A stretch of DNA of 64,000 nucleotides. Source: Candidatus Latescibacterota bacterium (GTDB lineage Bacteria; Latescibacterota; UBA2968; UBA8231). Of this stretch, positions 57,009-64,000 are shown piece by piece. The DNA is taken from assembly GCA_965203175.1 (NCBI GenBank), contig OZ241867.1:3104001-3168000 (forward strand), in the 5' to 3' direction. Every line of letters starts with the position of its first letter. Position 1 is the first letter of the stretch. Under the pieces are notes generated by a model that saw only the letters and a list, made by a program, of their open reading frames with translations, ran no database searches and had not been told where the DNA came from. The position numbers and the translations under genes are program-made.

Positions 57009-58952
57009 ATGCACGAAGAGCGAACTGGCTTGGAGGTGACGCGGCGCGCCCTAATATTGGGCGCGGGGGCGGCTCTCTTCTTGAATCTGGCTTGTCCCTA
57101 CTCGGTACTCGTCCTGCAAAATGCCGGCCTGACCTCGGATTACATTGCGGCCGGCGCGATGATGGTCTTCCTGCTGCTGGTGGGCTTGATCAACCCCTTG
57201 TTAAAGGTCGCGTTTCGAGCGTGGGCACTGCGCACGAGCGAGTTGGTGGTTGTGTACGCGATGATGGTCGTGGCGTCGGCGATTCCCACTTGGGGATTGG
57301 TAACCAACCTGTGCCACATCCTCACCCGTCCCTTCTACTACGCCACGCCAGAAAACCGCTGGGCCGAGCTGATCCAACCGCTGATTCCCTCTTGGCTCGC
57401 GCCGCACGAAGCCGAGGTAGCGCGCTTCTTTTACGAGGGGCTGCCCGTGGGGATGAGTATCCCGTGGGGCGCTTGGCTGGTGCCGCTTATGGCTTGGGGC
57501 AGCGCGATGGTGGCGGTTTACTTGCTGATGATCGCCACTATGGTCGTCTTTCGGCGGCCTTGGGTCGAACAGGAGCGGCTGGTCTTCCCGCTGGCGCAGG
57601 TTCCTTTGGAGATGCTGCGCGGCAACGACGAGGGCATTTTTCCGCAGTTGTTTCGCAATCCGCTGATGTGGGTCGGGTTTTCGTTGCCCTTTGCCATTCA
57701 AGTGCTGGACGGGCTGAACCACTACTTCTTTTACGTGCCCGAAGTGCGGCTGGTGTTCGACCCGCTGATGCTGTTCCGCGACAGCGTGCGGCTGCATATC
57801 TTCGTCAATTTTGCCATCATTGGCGTGGCGTATTTCCTCAATCTCAACGTGGCCTTCTCGGTGTGGTTTTTCCACTTGTTGAGCCGCTGCCAGACCGGGG
57901 TTTTCAACGTCATTGGCTTTCAGATCAAGGGGCACAACGAAGCGCTGACGGGTTCTTCGATAGCCCTGTCGCACCAGGGGATGGGGGCGATGCTGGTGCT
58001 GGTGGCGGCGATTTTGTGGACGGCGCGGCACCACTTGCGCCAAGTGTTCAGCGCGGCGTTTAGGCGCGGCGTCCAGGCCGACGACGGCGACGAGATTCTC
58101 TCGTACCGGGCGGCTGTGTGGCTGTGGATTGCCTGTGCGGCCTACTTCCTCGGTTGGCTGCTGCTGAGCGGGGTGCCGGTGGTGGCGGCGGTGGTGTTTT
58201 TCTGCGGGGCGTTTGCCATTTTCCTAGCCATTGCGCGGGTCATCGCCCAAGGTGGCGTGGGTTTTACTTCTTCGACCATGCTGCCGCAGCCCTTTGCGGT
58301 CTATACGTTGGGCACGGACGCCATTGGCTGGAAGGGGCTGGCGTCGATTAGCCTGAGCTATTCTTGGGCCGCTGAAATGCGCACCACGGTCATGGCTTCC
58401 ACGGCCAACGCGCTCAAGCTAGCGCACGGGCACGGCGCGCAGCACCGCCGCCTGTTCTGGGGGCTGGTCATCGCGGTTGTCGTCGGCATGATGGGGGCCT
58501 GCTGGATCACGCTCTATTTGAACTACACGCACGGCGGGATCAACCTGCGCCAGTTCGGGGTGCCGACGCTGGCCTATCGATTTTTAGAGGACAAGATTCA
58601 CAATCCCGTCGGCTGGGATCACATCCGCCCGCGGCTGCTGTTTACGGGCGTGGGCGCGGCCTTGATGGGCGGGCTGATTTACATGCAGCACCACTTTCCG
58701 TGGTGGCCGCTGCACTACATCGGCCTGCCGGTAAGCGACAGTTGGGTTATGGGCGTGGCGTGGTTTTCGGTGTTTTTGGGCTGGTTGTGCAAGGCCGTGA
58801 TATTCAAATTCACGGGCACGCGCGGCTACCTCACGTACAAGCCGCTCTTCGCCGGGCTGATCGCCGGGCAGCTCTTGGGGGCAGCCATGTGGATGGTGAT
58901 CGACTTTTGTCTCGGGGAGGTGGGGAATGTGGTGTACGTGGGGGTGCGCTAG
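57009..58952 (+). CDS. Polytopic membrane protein, DUF6785/DUF6784-like
   Basis: RRPWVEQERLVFP, HQGMGAM, WWPLHYIG; paralog of 26693-28588. Confidence 0.75.
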   Translation: MHEERTGLEVTRRALILGAGAALFLNLACPYSVLVLQNAGLTSDYIAAGAMMVFLLLVGLINPLLKVAFRAWALRTSELVVVYAMMVVASAIPTWGLVTNLCHILTRPFYYATPENRWAELIQPLIPSWLAPHEAEVARFFYEGLPVGMSIPWGAWLVPLMAWGSAMVAVYLLMIATMVVFRRPWVEQERLVFPLAQVPLEMLRGNDEGIFPQLFRNPLMWVGFSLPFAIQVLDGLNHYFFYVPEVRLVFDPLMLFRDSVRLHIFVNFAIIGVAYFLNLNVAFSVWFFHLLSRCQTGVFNVIGFQIKGHNEALTGSSIALSHQGMGAMLVLVAAILWTARHHLRQVFSAAFRRGVQADDGDEILSYRAAVWLWIACAAYFLGWLLLSGVPVVAAVVFFCGAFAIFLAIARVIAQGGVGFTSSTMLPQPFAVYTLGTDAIGWKGLASISLSYSWAAEMRTTVMASTANALKLAHGHGAQHRRLFWGLVIAVVVGMMGACWITLYLNYTHGGINLRQFGVPTLAYRFLEDKIHNPVGWDHIRPRLLFTGVGAALMGGLIYMQHHFPWWPLHYIGLPVSDSWVMGVAWFSVFLGWLCKAVIFKFTGTRGYLTYKPLFAGLIAGQLLGAAMWMVIDFCLGEVGNVVYVGVR

Positions 58953-59009
58953 GGGCAGGATTTTCACAACAGGCGTCCACACGCGACGCCGACACAAGGA
59001 GGAATAGAC

Positions 59010-60113
59010 ATGAGCGACAAGATGTATCGAGCAGCGGCCATAGGCCGGACCGGACGGGGCAATTGGGGACACGGACTGCACTCGGGTTTGAAGAACCATC
59101 CGCGCGTCGAGGTGGTGGCCGTCGCCGATGAGGACGCTGAGGAACGGCAGGTTAAGCAGGAGGAATTGGCTGCTCCCCGCGCGTACGCCGATTGGCGCGA
59201 GATGCTAGAGGCCGAGCAGCCGGAAGTGGTGACGGTTGGGCCGCGCTGGACTGATTGCCACTTGGAGATGGTGTTGGCCTGTTTGGAGGTGGGGGCGCAC
59301 GTGTACTGCGAAAAGCCCATGACGTGGAACTTGGCTGAGGGCGATCAAATTGTGGCTAAGGCCGAGGCGACCGGGCGCAAGGTCGCAGTGGCGCATCAGG
59401 GAGCGTATATGCCGCGCATTCGGCACGTCAAGGAGGTGTTGGCGCAGGGGCGGGTCGGCGCGGTGCAGGCCATTCGCGCCCACGGCAAACAGGATCGGCG
59501 CGGCGGTGGTGAGGATATGATCGTGTTGGGGACGCATCTGTTCAACATGATGCGCCTGTTTGTCGGCGATGTGGCGTGGATGACGGCGCACATTGAGCAC
59601 GAAGGCCGCGCGCTAACAGTCGAAGACGTGCGGGAGGCGACCGAGCCGGTGGGGCCGATCGCTGGCGATTACATCAATAGCTACTTCGCCTTTAAGAGCG
59701 GGGTGGCCGGCTTTTTTGATTCGCGGAAATACGTCGAGAGTGGGGGTGCGCGGATGGGCATGGAGATTGAGGGTAGCGAGGGCGTGATTGCGCTGCGCGG
59801 CGGCGGCAGTGGTCCGGCCATGCTCTATCCGCATCCGGTGTTTGATCCAACCGATGCGAGTCAACAATGGGTCCCCTTGGACGAGGTGGCGGACGAAGCG
59901 CTGAGCACGGGCAACGATTTGGCGGTCGCCGATTTGATCGACGCGGCCGAAGCCGACCGCGAGCCGCTGTCGAGCGCGCGCGACGCAGTAGCGGCCTTGG
60001 AGATGATCTTGGGGGCTTACGAGGCGGAGATTACTGGGGGGCGGGTGGAGTTTCCCATGCAGCGGCGGGAGCATCCGTTGGTCGCTTGGCGGGAGGGGCG
60101 ATATGGAAGCTAG
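59010..60113 (+). CDS. Gfo/Idh/MocA oxidoreductase
   Basis: IGRTGRGNWGH, CEKP, VLGTHLF. Confidence 0.9.
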   Translation: MSDKMYRAAAIGRTGRGNWGHGLHSGLKNHPRVEVVAVADEDAEERQVKQEELAAPRAYADWREMLEAEQPEVVTVGPRWTDCHLEMVLACLEVGAHVYCEKPMTWNLAEGDQIVAKAEATGRKVAVAHQGAYMPRIRHVKEVLAQGRVGAVQAIRAHGKQDRRGGGEDMIVLGTHLFNMMRLFVGDVAWMTAHIEHEGRALTVEDVREATEPVGPIAGDYINSYFAFKSGVAGFFDSRKYVESGGARMGMEIEGSEGVIALRGGGSGPAMLYPHPVFDPTDASQQWVPLDEVADEALSTGNDLAVADLIDAAEADREPLSSARDAVAALEMILGAYEAEITGGRVEFPMQRREHPLVAWREGRYGS

Positions 60114-61539
60114 GCCCGTGCCGCACGAGGTGATCCCTTGTGACCGGCTGCCAGCGGGGCAGTACCGCGACCTGCCTGAGCCGCCCCACTGGCGCAAGCT
60201 GGTCGGGCCGAGCATCCTGCTGTTGGGGCTTTCGCTGGGCAGCGGGGAGTTTGTGCTCTGGCCCTACATAACGTACAAGTTCGGCTTCGTGGTGTTCTGG
60301 GCCTGTATGGTGGGGGTGCTGACCCAGTATTTCATCAACATGGAAATCGAGCGCTGGACCCTGGCTACTGGCGAGACCGCGGTGACTGGGTTTTGTCGCC
60401 AATGGTCGGGCTGGGCTGGGGTTTTTCTGGTGTGTAACGTGGTCCCGTGGATGTGGCCGGGCTGGGCGTCTGGGGCGGCGACCATCCTGACGTGGGAATT
60501 TGGCGGCGACGAGAGTACGCGGGTCGGCTATTCGATTGCGAGTCTGTTGGTGGTTGGGTTGGCGCTGAGTTTGGGGCCGGTGGTGTACCGCACGGTAGAG
60601 CGCATTCAGACGGTGCTGATCGCCGCGGTGCTGGTCCTGTTGGTGGTCATTTTCTTTTTGGTAGTAGAGCCAATTCACGTGTGGGACATGTGCAAGGGCA
60701 TCGTCAATATCGGCCACATCCCAGAGGAGATGGAACTGCCGCTCTTTTTGGGTGCCTTGGCCTTTGCGGGTGCTGGCGGGACGATGAACTTGGCACAGAG
60801 CGATTTCGTCCGCGACAAAGGCTATGCCATGGGCGCGTACGTAGGGCGGCTGACTAGCCCGCTGACCGGGCGGGAAGAGGCCGTGGGCGATATTGGCTAT
60901 CACTTTGAGCAGACGCCTGAGAACATGCGGCGCTGGCGCGGCTGGTGGCAGGCGGCCAATCGCGAGCACTTGATTACCTTCTACCTGCTCTCGGTCTTGT
61001 CGCTGATGCTGCTGTCGCTTATTGCCTACGCCACTACGAGACAGGCCCCTGGGTTGGAGCAGGGGTTGGGTTTTGTCGGGACTGAGGGCGACTTTATCGC
61101 GCGGGAGCGCGGGAGCTTTTTCAAGCACCTCTTCAACTGGATGGGCATCGCCATTCTGATGACGACCGAGTTGGGGCTGTTGGACGCCTGCTCACGCATC
61201 TCCACCGACATCATTAAGACGAACTGGCTGCGCGAACACACCAAGTGGACGCGGAACCGGCTCTATTTCCTTCTGCTGTGGGCGCAGATCCTCTTCGGCG
61301 TGCTGATTATGCTCTCGGACTTCAATAAGCCGGTGCAGTTGCTGGTCTTGAGTGCCTCGCTCAACGCGGGAGTTATGCTGCTGTATTCGGTATTGCTCTT
61401 GTGGCAAAACAACCGCGTGCTCAAAGGGGCGCTGGCCATGCACCCGGTGCGCTTTGTGGCCTTGATTTGGGCCTGCGCCTTCTTTGGCTATTTCTCATTT
61501 GTCACGCTGCGGGAGCAGTTGCCCAAGCTCTGGGGGTGA
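60103..61539 (+). CDS. Nramp-like membrane transporter
   Basis: GPSILLLGLSLGSGEFVLWP, NMEIERWTLATGE, multiple TM helices. Confidence 0.78.
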   Translation: MEARPVPHEVIPCDRLPAGQYRDLPEPPHWRKLVGPSILLLGLSLGSGEFVLWPYITYKFGFVVFWACMVGVLTQYFINMEIERWTLATGETAVTGFCRQWSGWAGVFLVCNVVPWMWPGWASGAATILTWEFGGDESTRVGYSIASLLVVGLALSLGPVVYRTVERIQTVLIAAVLVLLVVIFFLVVEPIHVWDMCKGIVNIGHIPEEMELPLFLGALAFAGAGGTMNLAQSDFVRDKGYAMGAYVGRLTSPLTGREEAVGDIGYHFEQTPENMRRWRGWWQAANREHLITFYLLSVLSLMLLSLIAYATTRQAPGLEQGLGFVGTEGDFIARERGSFFKHLFNWMGIAILMTTELGLLDACSRISTDIIKTNWLREHTKWTRNRLYFLLLWAQILFGVLIMLSDFNKPVQLLVLSASLNAGVMLLYSVLLLWQNNRVLKGALAMHPVRFVALIWACAFFGYFSFVTLREQLPKLWG

Positions 61540-61595
61540 GGGAATGCGGAGAGAATGTTTCGCTTGACAGAGGTACGTGTCGGGGGAAGCATTTT

Positions 61596-61715
61596 TGTCA
61601 TTCTGAGCGCAGCGAAGAATCTCTTTCTGGGTAGCTTTCTTTTGAGTTCGGTGCTCTTTTATAGGCTGGTGGGTAGGAGATGCTTCGTCAGCCTGACGGC
61701 TTCCTCAGCATGACA
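61596..61715. repeat. REP-like branched palindrome, copy 1
   Basis: TGTCATTCTGAGCGCAGCGAAGAATCTC-loop-GAGATGCTTCGTCAGCCTGACGGCTTCCTCAGCATGACA. Confidence 0.9.
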
Positions 61716-61761
61716 GGGAGTTTTACGGTTCTGATGGTACTATGGTCGGGGGAAGCGTTTT

Positions 61762-61882
61762 TGTCATTCTGAGCGCAGCGAAGAATCTCTTTCTGGGGAG
61801 TTTTTCTTTTTGATTAGATGATTTTTTTAGGCTATTGAGGTAGGAGATGCTTCGTCAGCCTGACGGCTTCCTCAGCATGACA
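61762..61882. repeat. REP-like branched palindrome, copy 2
   Basis: Arms identical to copy 1, loop diverged, 166-bp period. Confidence 0.9.
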
Positions 61883-61885
61883 AGA

Positions 61886-62191
61886 ATGGAATATGAGACG
61901 ATACGATCAGTGAACGAATACTTCGTCTACATCATGACAAATCGATCAGGAACCCTCTATATAGGTGTTACCAACAATCTGCAAAGAAGAATCTATGAAC
62001 ATAAACACAAGCTAGTTTCAGGTTTCACAAGCAGATATAACATCAATAGACTGATATACTTTGAGGCGACATCCGACATCCTCGAAGCTATATCAAGAGA
62101 GAAACAGCTAAAGGGATGGACGCGAAAGAGAAAACTCGATCTGATAAGAACCACCAACCCAACGTTCGCCGATTTGTCTGAGGACTGGTAA
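61886..62191 (+). CDS. Stand-alone GIY-YIG nuclease
   Basis: YFVYIMTN..TLYIGVTNNLQRRIYEHK...LIYFE...AISREKQLKGW; alternative GTG start at 61910; AT-rich. Confidence 0.92.
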   Translation: MEYETIRSVNEYFVYIMTNRSGTLYIGVTNNLQRRIYEHKHKLVSGFTSRYNINRLIYFEATSDILEAISREKQLKGWTRKRKLDLIRTTNPTFADLSEDW

Positions 62192-62222
62192 CGGCAGAAA
62201 ATTTTGCAAAAGGCAATGGCAA

Positions 62223-64000
62223 TTGGCTAGCCGAACAAGCCTCCGGGTGTTAAGCACGGAGGCGTTCCTTTTTTTCATAGCTTTACTGCTGGCAAGCCCG
62301 GTGCTTGCCGCCGAGTCCGAGCGGGAAGTGCGTCTGCGGCACACGGTGGAGACGCTCTCTGCACCCGCCTCGCGGATGACGGGCTATCCTGGGGCCACAG
62401 CGGCTCGCGAGTGGCTGGTCGCCGAGTTAGAGAGTTTGGGGATAGCAGAGGTATATCGGCACGAGTTTCCGGTGTTGGTGCCGATTGACGAGGGGTTCTG
62501 GCTTGAATGCGCAGGCGAGCGGTTCGAATTGTTCGGCGTCTGGCCCAATTTGGTGCGGACGCCAACCCTGCCGGCTGAGGGACTTGAGGGGCAGTTGGTG
62601 TATGGCGGGGATGGCAGCCGCCTTGAAGGGCAGCCGGTGGCTGGGCGGATCGTCCTGCTTGACTATGTCTCGGGTACAGCTTGGGTGGATGCGTTTCACT
62701 TGGGGGCCGCTGCCGTGGTGTTTTTGGAATCGGCCGGGGCGCATCGCAAGGAAGCCGAGCAAAAGTTCCTCGACGTGCCGGCCGACTTGCCGCGTCTCTA
62801 TGCGCGCAAAGACGTGGCGGAACGTTTGCGGGTGTTGTCAAGGTCGCAGGCGCAGGTGCGCTTGCGGGGGCGGATGACGTGGCGGGAGGTGGCTGCGCAG
62901 AACTTGGTCGCCGTGATCCCTGGGCACGATGCGACGCTGAAGGAGGAGGTCATTTTCCTCGCCGCGCATTACGACGCCGTGTCGCCAGTGCCAGCGTTAG
63001 CGCCGGGGGCCGAGCAAGCTGTGAGTGCGGCGGCGCTGTTGGAATTGGCCCGGGGATTTGCCGCGCGACCGCCCAAGCGCACGGTCGCGTTGCTGTGGAC
63101 GGCTGGGCATTTCCAGAACATGGCGGGGATGCGCCATTTTGCGCCGTTGCTGGCGGCTGCGGGGCAGCGGGAGGGCGAGGTAGAGGAGACCGCACTGTTG
63201 CGGCGGCTCAGCGCGCTGAAGACGCGTTTATTGCTGTGGATGGCCGGGCACTTCCAGAACATGGCAGGTATGCGTCATTTTGCGCCGTTGTTGCTAGCGG
63301 CTGCGGGACAGCGGGAGGGCGAGGTGGAGGAGACCGCGCTTTTGCGGCGACTCAGCGCGCTGGAGACGCGCTTTTTGGTGGGGTTGGATCTGTCGTCGCA
63401 CAGTCCGCGACTTGGGGCGTTCAGGCCGACAGAGCCGTATCGCGTTTCCTTGCTCCCGCCGCCGATCACCGAGCGGTTGTTAAAGCTGGTAACGGCGTAC
63501 GAAGACTCCGCGTTGGGGGGTAAGCGGGTGCTGGTCAATGGCCTGAAGCAGGACTTTGCCCGCCAGGGTTTAGGGGGAATGAGCCTGACGGTGCCATTGG
63601 ATGCGTCTGTCGCGGCCCTCACCGGATGTCCGGCGTTGGCCTTTTGCACGGTCAACGACAGCCGCGCTCGCTTTGACGCGCCCGACGATGATCCTGCGGC
63701 GGTGCGCTTTGACTGGTTGGCTGGTCAAGTTGCGCTGTTGCAGGGTGTGCTGCCCGCGCTCATTGACGACCCGGAGTTGGAGCCGTGGGCTTGGGGTAAC
63801 AATGCGTTTGGCACCATTCGCGGGGAGGTGGTTCACTATGGGCCGCGCAGCTATCTGCCGGATCAGCCTACGGCCGGAGCGTTGGTGCGGGTGCGGCTGC
63901 GCCATCCGACGTTGGCTGGGGTGCGGCCGGATTTTTGGGCGGCGGTGGATGATTCGGGGCGGTTTGCCATTCCCGGGGTCGAGTCGGGGATCATCTACAC
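62223..64000 (+). CDS. Large exported M28-peptidase-like protein, runs off the right edge
   Basis: Manual translation: signal-like FLFFIALLLASPVLAA, SRMTGYPG, NLVAVIPG, FLAAHYDA, APGAEQA, GLDLSS; start position uncertain. Confidence 0.75.
   Translation, partial: MASRTSLRVLSTEAFLFFIALLLASPVLAAESEREVRLRHTVETLSAPASRMTGYPGATAAREWLVAELESLGIAEVYRHEFPVLVPIDEGFWLECAGERFELFGVWPNLVRTPTLPAEGLEGQLVYGGDGSRLEGQPVAGRIVLLDYVSGTAWVDAFHLGAAAVVFLESAGAHRKEAEQKFLDVPADLPRLYARKDVAERLRVLSRSQAQVRLRGRMTWREVAAQNLVAVIPGHDATLKEEVIFLAAHYDAVSPVPALAPGAEQAVSAAALLELARGFAARPPKRTVALLWTAGHFQNMAGMRHFAPLLAAAGQREGEVEETALLRRLSALKTRLLLWMAGHFQNMAGMRHFAPLLLAAAGQREGEVEETALLRRLSALETRFLVGLDLSSHSPRLGAFRPTEPYRVSLLPPPITERLLKLVTAYEDSALGGKRVLVNGLKQDFARQGLGGMSLTVPLDASVAALTGCPALAFCTVNDSRARFDAPDDDPAAVRFDWLAGQVALLQGVLPALIDDPELEPWAWGNNAFGTIRGEVVHYGPRSYLPDQPTAGALVRVRLRHPTLAGVRPDFWAAVDDSGRFAIPGVESGIIY
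63090..63374 (+). repeat. In-frame 141-nt tandem duplication inside the M28-like gene
   Basis: LLW(T/M)AGHFQNMAGMRHFAPLL...RRLSAL(K/E)TR occurs twice, starting at 63090 and 63231. Confidence 0.9.

Noticed and set aside
61579-61882. CRISPR array
   Set aside because: Only two long palindromic units whose loops resemble each other; no cas genes.
1-64000. tRNA, rRNA, riboswitch or integrase genes
   Set aside because: None recognised by eye; a covariance-model search would be needed to exclude small ncRNAs.

Overview
GC-rich bacterial chromosomal segment. The gene repertoire (CRTAC1/ASPIC-UnbV lipoprotein, NYPNPF sorting-domain relic, DUF6785-type membrane proteins, many Gfo/Idh/MocA and HpcH paralogs) resembles Latescibacterota/Gemmatimonadota-type organisms; that placement is inference only. 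Core content: TonB-dependent receptor, peptidases, hydantoinase A/B, sugar-type oxidoreductases and aldolases, Slt-TPR, aceE-aceF-lpdA, MgtE/MscS cluster, Nramp-like transporter, and an M28-peptidase-like gene running off the right end. Two accessory zones: (i) 2.9-6.8 kb with two toxin-antitoxin pairs, an AlbA_2 protein and a low-GC orphan; (ii) 28.5-39.6 kb with an AlbA_2/HATPase protein, an XRE-ImmA regulator, an IS1-truncated Hachiman (hamA-hamB'), attC-like cassettes without an integrase, IS5, and a DUF4365 two-gene module. The two least explained signals are tandem ~120-bp branched palindromes with identical arms and diverged loops abutting a stand-alone GIY-YIG nuclease (61.6-62.2 kb), and three small accessory modules each bracketed by diverged direct repeats that look like gene termini, with no recombinase in the window. 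Family assignments come from motif recognition by eye, not database searches.
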